Source: Nymphaea colorata (Eukaryota). Taken from it: DNA of 64,000 nt. The position numbers and the translations under genes were made by a program. The stretch covers positions 34,720,001-34,784,000 of the forward strand of contig NC_045138.2 in the NCBI RefSeq assembly GCF_008831285.2, in the 5' to 3' direction. Of this stretch, positions 24,244 through 37,659 are shown one piece after another; within the stretch, counting starts at the first letter, position 1; every line of letters begins with the position of its first letter. The notes beneath the pieces are model-generated. The model did no database searches, had not been told where the DNA came from, and was given only the letters and a program-made list of their open reading frames with translations.

Positions 24244-26058
24244 ACAGCCCCATGCGGTAAATGCTGGGGGTGTTTCATGCAAGAACAAGGCAAGGGCCAA
24301 AGGAAAAGGGCGAAAAAGATTAGACGAGAAAGGATGGCCGAATCATTTCTGTTCCGTGCGTTTAAATGTGACTGTAGTTTGGTGAAAGGAAAATGCGCAC
24401 AGAGGGCAGGGCGAGGGATTTTTGTGGATGGGCGTTTCTCGAGTGGCTCTCTTTGGAGGCATATGATTGGGATCGGTTGGTCTCGTGGCGATTACTCTCT
24501 GGTTCAGGTTATTTGCTTTCAGTGACTGAATGCGAGTTGATCTTTTCCCCTTTAGCTTATTTGCTTACAGTTTGCAGGCTTTCCGTATAGTTTATGATGG
24601 TTGACTGCATGATGCTGAGAACCATTTTCTGACTAGTTTGGAGTTTGATTGGTTATTTTTTTCTGTTCGATTGATTGGCTGACAAACATCGGATAATATG
24701 AACCATTTTGCATCAAGGCGCTTAAAAGAAGCGAGCGTTGTTTTTCTCTTTGAATTCTTCGATATCCAATACTTGGTTCGCAGACTAAAACTTGGAATTC
24801 GCATTTCTGTGGCTGAACCGAGTGAAATGAATTTCTGCTATCAGGCTTGAAATCCATTTTCAGAAAGTTCAGCCATAATTAGCTTGATTTGCATTTTTTG
24901 GTAAAAAAGAAGTCTCATCCTAAGAATTATGTTTCAGGTGAAAAAAAATGTCGATTTGATGTTCTAGCTTGCTATTTACATGCATCATATAATTACTCGT
25001 TGCCGTTTCAGACCCTCCTTTGCTTAAATTGTGACACGGACATAAACTGGACTGACGCATGATTATGTGCCTTAAATTGGTGGTTAGGGTTGCAAGAGGG
25101 TCCATCTGAACCAGGTCCATGTAGATGTTGGCCAATCATGGGAAATTATGGTTCAACTAGACCATGGTTTGCAGAGGGCTTCATTTGAGCTTGATAGTAT
25201 GATTCATATGTACCCGTAGCTTTTCTCTTCAGATGGAAACAAATATGACGCCTTCAAAGTTTTATTTTCCCCTTCTTCTTTTTAGTTTCCCTTGCTTCTG
25301 GTTGTTCTTTTAGCTTTACACATACCAGAAAAAAGACAAAGAAAAAGTTCCAGGTTTGCTATGTCTTCTGCTTACGTCTGGCCTATACTGAGTTTTGAAT
25401 TCCATCTTCGTGGTCCACTATGCCTTTATTAACTCATCATGCCAAGAGCCTGTCAAATGACATGATTAAAAATATGGGTCTGAGGAGAAAATGTCACAGT
25501 GTCCGGATAATTTGGTTTTTCTAACATGACATGATCAAATATGGGCCTCGAATAGTCAGGATAGTCTCTAACGTCAAAAAAACTGATAAAACTTGTCAAG
25601 GGTGCTTGGGCTCAGTTTGATCTAATGATTCAGGTTCAGTTACAATCAGGATGGTCTTTACACTGAGTTGAGCTTAAGGAACTTATCTCACCTGGACCAG
25701 CCCCTGTTCCAAATGCTTATTTGAGAAATGGATCCTCATAATCAGGAAAATCTTGCTTATTGGTTAGGGTTACTGGTCTGCCTGAGGTTTTTTGCCAAAC
25801 CGATCACTGTTGAAATCACACATCATAAGTTTGTTGATTAATGGATTTAGATATAATGTGCTTCAAGTGTACGAGTTGTGAATCTATAAGTGTAGTGGGT
25901 GATTATTGGAAGAACCCTTCTTATAATTGTAACAAACTTAGGTGGTGGACCTCTTAGTTGCATAAAAAATGGAAAAGCCAGCCACTGGAACAAAAAGAAG
26001 CATTAAATTCTATTACTTTATGGTACAAAAGTTTGAAAACCAAACTTGCATAACTTTA

Positions 26059-26212
26059 GGGGCCATTTGACATTATAAACAACATGCGAGTGTTAACATG
26101 AATCTACCTCAAAATTGGGGTAGATTCATGGGAAACTTGGTCATGAATCTACCCCAATTTTGGGGCAGATTCATGGGACACTCACACCTTGTTCCTAATG
26201 GCAAACAGCCCC
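26059..26212. mobile_element. PIF/Harbinger (Tourist-like) MITE
   Basis: TIRs GGGGCCATTTG / CAAACAGCCCC, TTA TSD on both sides, and two internal palindromes CATGAATCTACC..AA..TTGGGG.AGATTCATG. Confidence 0.8.
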
Positions 26213-26887
26213 TTAAGAGCATTCACATAGTTGTGTGCCTTGTCTTGCTGACATTGCTTCAATTCCTTTGTCTTGTCTGGATATAAAAGCATTTATAGTA
26301 GAACAATCATTTGAAAGTCAAGCTGGTTGTTGGTATTGATACACAATCAGTTTGCTGGTACTGCAAGTCTCAATATTATTGTGCAAAGGAGAAATAGTTT
26401 GTTGTCCTTTTTTGATGAAAATAAAAGAATAAACACAAGAAAAAAATGATAGTGAGTACACATTGGCATTGCAGGCATTACTTTAGTCCAGTGGTGAGAG
26501 CTCAATCTAGAACTTAGTGATATTCAGTTTAAGATGTGTGTTATTTTAGAGTGTCATGTTATGTTCAGGTTCTTAGTTTTTCATTGTTTCTCATTTGTTT
26601 GTTTAAACAAGGGTCTTGTTCATAGTTTTGGGAACTTGAGAATGCTGGTATGATAACCTGCGCCATTAGACAGCTGACATTGTATGCTTACATGTTCCTC
26701 TTGAATAACCTTTATTGTTTGTTATTTGTGAATTATTCTTTATGAGTTTGTATTTTCCGTGGTTCATTCTCTTATAGGGTTCTGTACATCAGGAGGCACA
26801 TGTTCTTCTCCTTCAACGTTTGTGACGGGCAGGAAGCAAGAGCAACGAAGGCCACATGTGCACATAGTCGTAGCATGGTGTGCATCA

Positions 26888-29800
26888 ATGGCAATCTCGA
26901 GAACCCTGAAGTCCCTCAAAGCTCTAACAACTGGATCCAGACTTAGCTCAGGGCTCTACCATGTCTCCGCCGCTGCTCCATTCTCGGCACGCTCACCCTT
27001 CCCCTTCTTGTTGTTCCCCTCGGATCTACAACTCCGCCTCACCTCTGCGCACCCTCGCCTCTTCTCCCCCTTTTGTAGGCTGATTCCTTGCTCAGCAGGC
27101 CCTCTCTTTCTATCATCACCCCCATGGCAGCTCTCCCAGAACGCCACTCCTCTGTATCTGCACGGAGAGCTCGTTAGAGGTAGCGGCATTTCTCTTGGAT
27201 TGGTCCATGGCAGGTGTTTACCCACTGGGTTTCCAATCAAGGAGAAGCAACACCTTGACAATAGGGAGGCTAGCAATGCTGACAGTGTGTTCAATTTGCC
27301 TAATTTGATATCTTTTGGCAGAATGGCCTCTGGCCCTTTTCTTGGGTGGTGAGTTTCTTGTTAGTGATTATGAAGTGGACATCATAGTAAAAAAAAATGT
27401 TTTTTCCCCAAAAAAACGAAAAAAAAAATGATAAATAGGTCAGCCATTTAAAACTTTCAAAAAATGTCATTTTTAAGAAAACACAAAAACGAAAAAAAAA
27501 AAGCATTTTTTTTTCATTTTTTTCATTTTCTTCACATTTTTTAATGCCAAACTGCTTGTTTTCATTTTCTAATTTTTATTTGTTGCAAATCTACTTTTGT
27601 GGGTGTTTGTGTTGTTAGTTTCTCAGTTATTTTATTTTTTCCTTTTTAAAAAAAAAAATTTACTAGCCCTTTTTTCAAGTTCGCCCATATTATACCCGAA
27701 AGTTTTTTGTGACTATGGTGGAAAGTGGCAACCATGATACTTTTACCCATTGTTTTTTAACTAATTGTTGACTCTTACTTCAATTGGTACCTGCCGTGCG
27801 TTTTAACTCGTTTCATATCTTGAATTTATTGTTGTCAAACAGCTTACAATGCATGTTTTTTCCTTCCTTTTCAATGAAACAAGCTGAAACAGCCACTTTA
27901 TCTGAAATAAGAGTCCTGATCTATTCCCCCAGATTTAATTCTTATTTGAATGTAACCTTTTACATAAGTAACATGTTTACCTTCGTCTTTCAGTGCCCTG
28001 AGGAACGTTTTACTTTGAAAGAATTTGAGGCCATTTATGATTTATGTCATCTGCTTCTTATTTTACAACACAAGAATAAAAAACTTCATTTGATTGCTAG
28101 CAGCACTTTTTGAATAAATATGCATAGTTCCAGATCTCCAGGAGTGCACTGTGCACACTCTTGCATGTTGCCACCTAATTTGGTGAGGGAATCTAATGCG
28201 GCAAGTTTCTAAGAACTCTAGGATATTCGGTTGTCCTTTGTCTACCTGACACTTGAATACATTGCACTTTTCATGGCTTAGGCACTCCAAGATGCAGTGT
28301 GAAAATTTGGGTTTTTTTTATCCCTCTGCTTTTGCAAGAAGAATTACGGCACTTCTAAAAAATTCAAATGATTCAGAAATGGATTATCTGAGCCCTGAGG
28401 TATGCACATTCGAGAGAAGTTCTATGTCATCACCAATGTCAAATAAAATCCTTCTCGTTCCCACTTTGCACAAAGCATAGGTTCAAGGCTCTTGAAGCAG
28501 GTGTAATACATATATTTGGTTAATAAAGACAATCAAAGTAGAATGATGCTCTTACTTTGTTGTTTCTGCTGACAGCTTGGGTTCCTTGCTTGAGCACATG
28601 ATGTACCTCTAAGGACTTTTTTTTTTAGCTTTCCACTGGTTGCCAAAAGACACTGGGTTAAGCTTATATTGACTGTCTAACTTTTTTGCTGATTGCCCCA
28701 AAGAACATATATGTCTGTGAGTGTGTTGTCATGTATTTTTTATTATTCTTGCGCATTCCTACTGAAAAGCAGCACACTCTCGGCTCTCCCACATAAGTAA
28801 ACAAAAAAGAAGTTCCCAAAAGGATTAATGAAGTGTCTGCACTGCAGGATGATTGTTAATGAGTATTACTCTTTGGCATTTTTGGGACTTGCTATGTCTG
28901 GAGCTACTGATTGGGTAGGAGGTTTGTTCTATTATATTATGTTGGATGACTTGTAGATATGCATTTAGAATGATGACCACAGTCTTTTCTTCAATGTTGT
29001 AGCTTGATGGATTTGTTGCTCGGAGGATGAATGTCAACTCTGTGATAGGATCCTACCTTGATCCACTTGCTGACAAAGTTGGTATCATCATGTTTTAGTG
29101 GTTTTTTTCCATGATTTGTTTTACATTTGCATTCCTATACACAGTCACACAGTTTTATCCAGGATTTCTTATTATGCAGGTTTTGATTGGTTGTGTTGCC
29201 GTATCAATGATGAAAATGAATTTGTTACATCGTAAGGATCCCTGAGTATCTTTTGATATAGTTTTGTATTTTTCTATGAATTTCACCATGCATCCCTTTT
29301 CAAAATTGTGCATCTATGATTTGTGTATTGATGTAGTCAATGTTCCATCACAGCAATTGCAAATACTCAATCTGGTGAAGGAACATGTTTTTTGAGAATT
29401 CTCCAAAATTTGTTCAGAACAAGAAAGTATAGGAAAGGAAGAGAAAGGTCAGCAAAACCACGTCCCAAGAATGAGGGATTGTGATTTGTCTTATTCATAA
29501 TAAGGGTGTCGATCCAACTGAAAATATACAATACTACCATTAAGGGATGGATATTTACATAACTGATTTCATGCAGTATACAGACTGGATTGGATTCATA
29601 TCTATATCCAGTTTGCAGTCTAGTCATTCGATCAATTAAGCTGGCTCATTCTCCTGGTATTCAATTTTCTGCTTGATGAAGTGCTGGTCAGTCAGTCTTG
29701 CCGTGCTGGATAAGATTGAGTGAAATCTAAATGGTACTTCGGTTATCACACAAGAGAAGACTTCTAGTACTTGGTTCTTGTAACTCAAGCAACAAATGTC

Positions 29801-32800
29801 TAACCCAAGCCACTTCTATAGTAGCAATGGCCGTTGGTTTATATTCTGCTTTTGTACTAGACCTGACAATAACTTTCTGCAGCTCTGATAATTATCTGCA
29901 TATCCAACAAATCTACATCTTGTTGCCTTGGTCTGAAACATGTTTTACTGATAAGAATGAAAATGAGCATGCATGCACAACCACAACCAAAGGCTAGTAA
30001 TCATCATAATCAGGATGTTCTCGAATGAAACAAAGTATGGCAACTTATTGTTTAAGATAATCATAGGATGATGATTTATAATGTGAACTACATACTTTTG
30101 TCCATAAACCCAAGGGAAGGTGATACATGCATCACTCGTAGCACTCTCAAGAATATGTCGACGACCTTCTATATCAGAAATTCAAGATGAAAAATCTTGG
30201 GAACCTTTAGGTGTTATAATCCAATGGACATGTGATCTAAAATTTTAAGGAATGTTATCTTTGATGATAATAACTTTGCAGGTGAAAGGGATGGTTCTGT
30301 TCAACTCAATATGCACATGATGCATTAAGAATGTTGACTATTGTTCCTTGTCTTGTCAAATAAGAATGTTGGCTCACAATGACTATATAAGATCAAATAC
30401 CAACCAGATGGGAGTGTTGAACATTATAAAGCTTGCTTTGTTGAAAAAAGTTCCGTACAAGAGTTTGAACAGGGTTATGATGAAGCCTTTAGTCCAGCGG
30501 TGAAATGCAAAAGACTACCCTTATAGAGAATGAGTATTTACATAAGGGAATATATGCAATATATTAGTTTGGACTGGATTCATATCCAGATCCAAAATAT
30601 TAAGACAAATAATGCATACATGTCTGTTAACATTGTAAGATTTTGATATATTACCAATTTACCACCAGATAGAGTCTCAAGAAGATACAAGAGGAAGAGA
30701 GGAGAATTGCTTTGATGCCATGTAAGATTTTGATATATTACCACTAGATGGAGTCTCAAGAAGATACAAGAGGAAGAGAGGAGAATGAGGCTGCTCGAGA
30801 AAGGAGAGAGAAGAAAAATTAGGGCCTTAGGGTGAGCACCCGCCCCTTATCGTTACTTAAACTAATTACACTTAAGTGTTACAAATAAAATACAAAAAGA
30901 ATAATAAATATTACAAGTTTGCCACCACCCATTATGTGCTGCATGTGGTGAAAATGGGTTGGGTCTGACTTGACCTGAACCATATCTTAACAAACATATC
31001 TAAGGAATTTAGTTTGTCATTTTGCTGGTTTTATATCTTTACCAATTTTCATGGATCACATAACAAGCAGCTGCAATGACAAGTTTCAACTTTCAATCTC
31101 TTGCATATGCAAAAAATGGTGCATGGATTTTTTTGGTGATTTGGTGCACACAGTTTATTCCTATGCAAAATTTGCATCTGGTTTGGCAGCCTTGTGAGTG
31201 TGGGTTTCAGGTCAGCTTTTGCAAATGAGCAAGAGAAGGAAATGTTGGCAGTTTTCATGAACTCTTCTATTAATTTCAATAAGTTTCTTATCATGATACT
31301 ACCAACAACAACGCCACACTAGGTGCCTCACTGCCTTGCAAAACTTGAGCTGCTCCTAAAATTCACTTACTAACTTTATGCTGATCAGTGAAGTCAGCAA
31401 TTGTTTTAATAGCTGTAATTATTTATGAATCCTTAACAATCTTCTGGTTCGATTTTGTCAATAAGTCATGGTAACAAACAAAGTTATTTTTACATTATTA
31501 ATTCTCTTGGTCTTTTTCTGCCACTGCATCGATGCTTCTTGAAGTAAAGGCAATTTTTTCTCTCTAATGTTCAACAGGTTTCAAGTAGGCTGCAATTTGA
31601 TTGACCTTCCTGTAAACTGCAGTACCAATTTCATATTACGTTAGTGTTTGCTGCATTCTCTGCTTTCATATTGTTGCACCTCAGGTAGCCAACAAGTAAC
31701 GGTTGCCTTGCTAGCAAATATCTACGTTTTGAGTAATGGTGTGCTTAGGTTTAATACATTTTTGTCATGTGAAAATCTTCACATCAGAAACAGAAAACTT
31801 TATCTGATTAACTGTTTCTATGTTTAAGCAACTCTGGTTGGGCTTGTTGTACTGAGAGATATTGCTCTAGTTTGTGGTGCAATCTACAAAAGACTATGCA
31901 GCATGCATTGGGAGGTGAGCAAATGGTTGAATCACAGAACTTTCCACTTTTTGGACCTGAAGCTTGAATTTCACAATCTACTTTTTTATGGTTCTAACAC
32001 TAGATGGGGGAGAATATAAAGAACGACTTTTATGGTTAGGACTTGGGAGTCAACACCATGCAGTTGTCATAAGGCTTCCTCATGTTAACTTTTTTATGGT
32101 TCTATGTCAGTGGCAAGGGTGGTATGATTTCATCAACCTGGACGCTAACGCACCTGAAAAGGTCAAACCAACCTTACTCAGCAAGGTCTGCTTCTCTTTT
32201 TTGTCTTATTTGATTATGTTGTGAAACAATGCATGATTCATAGATGATGTTGAAGAATAAAGTTGAAACATTCTAAAAGGTTCCTTCTCATTTCAGTGAA
32301 TGGATGTTTGAGCTATTAAAATTGTATTTTCGTTTATTAGGAGTTGACTTGGACAGGTGAATCTGTTGATATGAACTTTTCCTGCTGCCACAATGTTAAT
32401 AATTGACTTTGGAGCACTGCTGTTGGATGGTTATTTCAGGTGAACACAGTGCTGCAATTGACATTAGTTGCTGCAGCTCTTCTTCAGCCAGATTTTGGTT
32501 CTGACAAAACTGAGGTCTGCATACTTGGTTTGAGGTAAGACTGCGGTTCCTTGATGGAAAGAGGTGGGTTAATAACTTAATCAAGAATTTGATTTGAGAA
32601 GTCTTGTTCAAAAGATGAGGCTGGATCTGGTGATATGTCCTGTTTCTTGTTTCTTTTGGAGTGTATTCACCTTAGAATCTCATTTTGTTTTTTATGATGC
32701 ATATCCTTTGCTTAGTGAAAAATGCATTTTTGAGTTGTCTTGATTCAAGTTGTATCAGAGGTTCAGTTGGCTTCTAATTAGCTGATTCGGCTATATAGCT

Positions 32801-32989
32801 AGGCTGCAGGCATCTGCATGTGTTACTTATATTCCTCAAAAACGTCCCTGAAGCTTTTTTACTAGCAGTTGGGCGGTGGCTGCAACAACGGTAGCATCAT
32901 GGGCAGGTTATGGTATTCTGTATATGAGGAGTCAAGCAGCTCCAACCTCTGGAATGCAGGAACCTTTTTCTAGAAGCAAGCTTTCATGA
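26888..32989 (+). CDS. CLS: Cardiolipin synthase (CDP-alcohol phosphatidyltransferase family), mitochondrial
   Basis: Exons 26888-27348, 28848-28914, 29003-29077, 29180-29231, 31829-31914, 32111-32185, 32440-32534 and 32869-32989 give 343 aa in phase. Motifs: [20 protein letters not shown], the signature [11 protein letters not shown]...[13 protein letters not shown] and SKVNTVLQ. Confidence 0.95.
29690..30505. mobile_element. Scrambled Ty1/copia remnants in CLS intron 4
   Basis: Minus ~29690-29880 is RNase H-like ([13 protein letters not shown]...W..LL.EL, CDN.STI). Minus ~30000-30130 is post-integrase-like ([15 protein letters not shown]). Plus ~30370-30505 is RT-like ([16 protein letters not shown]...[11 protein letters not shown]). 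Confidence 0.7.
30634..30992 (-). mobile_element. Internally deleted small LTR element (TRIM-like)
   Basis: 5-bp TSD AACAT at 30629-30633 and 30993-30997. Complete LTR 30721-30992 (TG...CA), a reverse-complement PBS-like GCTTTGATGCCA at 30709-30720, and a partial second LTR copy at 30634-30707. Confidence 0.75.
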
Positions 32990-34779
32990 TGGAAGGTTTT
33001 GGTGAATTGCCATGTGGAAGATATGTACAAAGGTAACTTAATTTCCTCACAACAGCAATGGAAAAGAAAAATTCGATTTAGGTGCTTGCTAACTGTTGTT
33101 TCCATCCTTGATCTTGGAAAATGGTATCTATTGCAGTATATGAGACGAGACTCTTCATGAGGAAGTAGATAAAGGGTACCAAGTCCAACTTTTTTTTTTT
33201 TTTTGTTGGGGGAGGGGATGAGAAAAAACCCATGCAGATTTGGCCGTTCCTGTCCCATGGCCCAGCTTCTACAGGAGGTTCAGAAGATGGGATTCTTCCA
33301 GAGGATATCAATCTGTAGCAGTGTTCTGCTATTGAGAGGCGCCATGTCCTATAACATAGGAGCTGAAGTTCGTTAGAAGAGAGTGAGTAGTCAGCGTGCT
33401 TTTGAATTTTTTTGATCGTCATTATTTAATGTATAAAACCTCCTATTTTGTGGATTCATGCATATGGAAAATTAATTGTCCCTCTAGCTTACAGTTCTTT
33501 GTGGACTAATAGGAGAAAGAGAGTGAGAAGCCAGCTTTATATGATAACCAATTCAGTGTAAGCAACGGCATGCTTCCGTTGGCTGGTCTGTTGGGCTTGA
33601 ACTTTTAGAGTGTGTATGGTTGGCTGTTCCAGAAACAGACAGAATTATGACGTCTTGTTTACAACAGGCCAATGTAGCTGTTTCAAGAGAAGCAACTATA
33701 TTTTCGTCTGTTTTCTTTGATTCTGTTTATTGTTACAAAGTTCCTTTATAAATGATAGTCATATGCGAAATCTTAACGACACTTTATGCGTTCAGTAACA
33801 TAAATTGTTGTTTATAAGGACGCTAAAGCAGGCAGCAAATGCACATTCATTGTCTTTCCAATACAAAGAGGGGATATGAATCTGTGTTGTCCACAATAGA
33901 GCTTGCACTTTATTTTTCATTAGAAAAATATTCTAGAAACTAATTGATGGCTTTGTCATTGATCTCTCAGTAGTACTTTCTTGCAATTTTCTCTGGTTGT
34001 ATATCGCAGAATAAAATGTAGTATATCATAGACCTTAATGTGCAAATATGATGGTCCCTATGGTGCCAAAATCAATAAATCTGCGACACATCAATAATCT
34101 TAAGTAATTGAAAGGGAGGTCTCCCACCATCTTCCTGTGGCCGATGGGTTTCACCATGGCAAAACCAAATAACAGCTTGCTTCTCGGGTGGGTTGCACCT
34201 CGGGTGAGAGGACATGCACTTGCAACCTCCAATATCTGCGTCTACTGCTTTGCGTGAAGTTGTCTAATTCCAAAAGATTGGTGCTGTTAACTTCATATGG
34301 TTTAATTGCTACTTTATCGGAAGGCGCCTGCCGTGAGTTGCTGACATTTAACATAAGTCCCTAAACATGCTTATTATATTAAAAAATTGACCTTCTTCTA
34401 TGACAACTTCAGTTTATCTGTTCATTTTTTGGATTCACCCCTTCCGTGTTGGTTTTTACAACCAAAGCATTGATCGAATATGCAAAAATAAATAATAGAG
34501 GGGATGATTATAGGGAACCTCCACAGACTACAGAGTTAGAAAACCAGGCGTTCTTGTCGTCCACGCTGCGATAAGCTGAGCTGCTTGTTTCTTTCTCAGC
34601 TGCCGCTTCTGGCGCACCTCTCTCTCCGTCTCTTAATCCTATCGTCAAATATACGTGAAGTTCTCTTGCCTGTGTCACTCATCTCTCTAGCGTCGAGTGG
34701 TGTGCGCGCCCAAGTCAAGTTTGGGAAGGTCATGCCTGTCTCTACATGGGTAAGTTGCATCCAGATGCGACCAAGGCAG

Positions 34780-34893
34780 GCATAACTCCAGAAGCATCTG
34801 TGCTTGTTATCTTATCTGTCTCCATTCATGTCCTCGCATAACTCCCGAAGCATCTGTGCATGTTATCTTATCTGTCTCCATTCATGTCCCCGC
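34780..34893. repeat. 56-bp tandem duplication
   Basis: GCATAACTCC-GAAGCATCTGTGC-TGTTATCTTATCTGTCTCCATTCATGTCC at 34780 and 34836. Confidence 0.9.
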
Positions 34894-35293
34894 GGGTGGG
34901 CGAGAATTTTTGTTTGTTGCTATCCAATTGGTTCGTCGATGAAAGCGGTCTATTCTCTTGGCTGTTTTTTCCTGCTATCTAGATGAAAAGGACTAGGTGA
35001 TTCAGGATGTGATATTGCACTGCAAGCAAAAAGGTCGTTTTTTGCGCCACAATATTGAAGCCACACAGTAGGTTTCTACTGCAATTTCACAGACTGTGTT
35101 GCACTTACCCGCAGCATTTAACGGTTATCACTTATCAGACCTTGTTTCCCTCGCTTCAGTATCGCTAGCACCCTCTTGAATGGCTGTAGGCAGCCAAAGG
35201 CCCCAAGTTCGGCAGACGGCAGCTATCAGGAAATCTATGCTACGCATCCACAAATTACAAAAAGTACCCTACCCTTCCACCGTTCCACGTCCA

Positions 35294-35609
35294 TCAATCT
35301 TCACGCTTCTGGAACATTGCAGCCCTTGCGTGCTACAATATTCTAATCAGAGAAAAGTGACTTGATGACAGAAGGGGTTCGAAGCGGTCGCCCGCCAGTC
35401 GTCCGGGGGTACACATCTTCAAGAAAGTTGTATGCATGACCAGCTGCCATATCGTCGATTACATAAAACGTGGTTAAGTAATAACATAATTGTGCCAAGA
35501 TAGCCATGAAAGTTGACGGTTCTTAAAGTAGACAAATAGCAAGCTGAGATAGCTACCAGAAGATCGACCACGGACTGCTGAACACTAGTGTGGAGAAGCC
35601 TAGAAGAAC
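35294..35609 (-). pseudogene. Derlin-2 3' pseudogene (last two exons); flanking 3' UTR and intron homology extends ~34925-36585
   Basis: Matches Derlin exons at 43413-43592 and 43738-43791. The penultimate exon is 1 nt shorter (frameshift); the last exon has lost its AG acceptor and carries a ~19-nt deletion. No upstream exons were found. Confidence 0.9.
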
Positions 35610-36813
35610 CTGTAGTTATCCATATATTCAGATTGTGAAGGGAACACACATTTTCCTACTGCACAGAAAATTAGTTTATCTTCAAAGAAATATCTAAATT
35701 GGTCATGAAAATTTTAAAAAGCAGGTCAATTCATGATGTCTGTTCTTTAACTCAACAAATGGTTGACCTCAAGTCCCACAACCAAGCAACAGGTACAAAT
35801 ATTCAACTATTCATAATAGATTGAAACCTTGACGTATTCACCGTTACAATCGAGCCAAGCTGCTCGACTTTAACACTGGCTTGGAGAAAGAGGAGTATCT
35901 GGATTTCCATTACTGCCAATCTAGATATGCAGTCAACTTCATCTTCAGCCTTTATTTTGCTTAAAAGAAGCAAGCAACACAAATGCAACAATAAAATAGA
36001 CAACTGCCATATACTCTTAATCTGGAGTTGATATTCCTGCATAGGCTACTTTCTCTTAAGTCGTTGACCTTTTCATGTTGTAACTGAATTAAGCAGCACA
36101 ACTAATCCAATTTCAATTTGTTTCAGATTCTGTTCTTCAGCATATTCATGACTACAAAACCAGGTTTCTCCTTTCACTCTTAAAAGTATAGTTGGTTCTT
36201 ATGGTACTGACGAACATTAAATCCTTCATCAGATATATCCAAAGAATGCAGCTCTTCGGAGAGAAGATTACATATGAAATGCCGCCCTACAGGCACATTC
36301 ATGCACATCATGCTAAAGGCTGCTACATGGACCCGTCTAATACACATTTCGCTATGAGAAGCCTCAAGTAACTATCATACCCTTTGAGACCCAATCATGT
36401 CAAGGGACACTTCTGTCTTGACAGTGTTCTACAAAGTGAATTTAGAAAGCAAAACAAGAAAAGAGAGACTGGAGAGGAACGATGCACTAAACCAACACGT
36501 TCCATGAGAATAGAAATATGGAAATCACAGCAAAACTGGCTTTATGGTCCGAAATACGGTGTTAACTTTATATTTGTTTGGACGTAGGAAAATCTTTTCT
36601 CATTATCTCTGCCGAAGAGTCATCTTTAAGAACTCTCAGGCGTCCAGAGGCTTGATACCCATCATTTGACTAAGAGCCCATAAACTAAAACATGCGCGGT
36701 CTTTTTTCCTTACCAAGTGCATTTTTCCCCTCCAACTATCTTTCGTGGCCGTACATCTCAAAGATGAATAGGAGCTTTTGGTTACACCCTTTAGCGTGCT
36801 ATAACCATTGCAG

Positions 36814-37580
36814 CCAAGTCACCAACTGTTTGGCCTCGCACCCGAGTCGACGCGATGCGGGTGTGCCTCCGGTGCGCACCCAAAGCGGTCAAATAAAAGT
36901 CGGGTGTAGCTGACCGCATCCGACTAAAATTGTCTTTTTCCAATTCGCACCCGAATCGCCTTTGACCCGAGTCGGGTGCGGTCAAATGTGAGTAGATGTA
37001 TTTTCATCCAATTTGTAGGGTTTTTTTAAAATGTTTAACAAAGTCAACCACCCGCGTCGACCTTTCCTCTTGTCTCTGGCCAGCGTCTTCCTCCCCCCTC
37101 CTAAATGTGCTTTGCAATGTGTGCTAAAAAATTTTGTCGATGTCCTGTTAGTAAACTTTTAATTACTTTTTGTTGTCATTTGCTATGCAATCTAAAATAA
37201 ATAGCTAACTTGTATGTCCTTTTAGTTTTCTCTAACAAAACTAATTCAGCTACTTAACATCATCTTGATTTTATTGGAATGTTCATTTTCTTGTCTTCAA
37301 ACTTTCAAAATTGCTGGATGGAGACTAATTGAATTAATTTTGATTTTAATATATGAACCAAGTTGTGTAAATTAATGTGTATTTGTGTAATTATGTTATT
37401 GTGTTATTCAATCACTGAGATTATTTATTTTTATTTTTTATTTTTTATTTTTTTATTTTTTATTTTAAATTTTTAAAAATAAAAACACAAAAAAATAAAT
37501 TAATAATAACAATAATAAAATACTCTCTACTCGCCCGCACCTTAAAAAAAAAATGCGGTACCCGGACTCAGGTGACATAG
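36814..37580. mobile_element. Non-autonomous hAT-like element (CTATGT-AC terminal family)
   Basis: Ends CCAAGTCACC / GGTGACATAG; 8-bp TSD CATTGCAG / CATTGCAA; subterminal GCACCCG/CGGGTG repeats. Confidence 0.75.
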
Positions 37581-37659
37581 CATTGCAAGTTAGATGCTGA
37601 AACAATATGCCGTCAATCCATAAGACCTCGCGAGGAGTACGACGCTTTTCCAAGTTTAT

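Larger units (their letters stand above)
23954..26731 (+). repeat. Putative CLS 5' leader/intron region; copy A of a block duplicated at 37660-39308
   Basis: Long collinear matches to 37660-39308, e.g. TTTGGCACCGT-AGGGCTTCATCG, TTACCTCCAG|GTACTGG, GGATGGCCGAATC and GAATAAACACAAGAAAAA. A segment at ~25405-26355 is absent from copy B. A candidate acceptor TATAG at ~26777 precedes the CLS ATG. Confidence 0.85.

Noticed and set aside
23867..24385. 172-aa ORF and the similar ORF at 37687-37944
   Set aside because: Both run through 24-bp repeats and microsatellites, their starts are not conserved between the two copies, and a donor site lies inside; they are better read as non-coding leader.
33000..33550. 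PPR remnant in duplicate copy A (GGGATTCTTCC shared with the PPR ORF)
   Set aside because: A single 11-nt match with no extendable homology or PPR-like translation.
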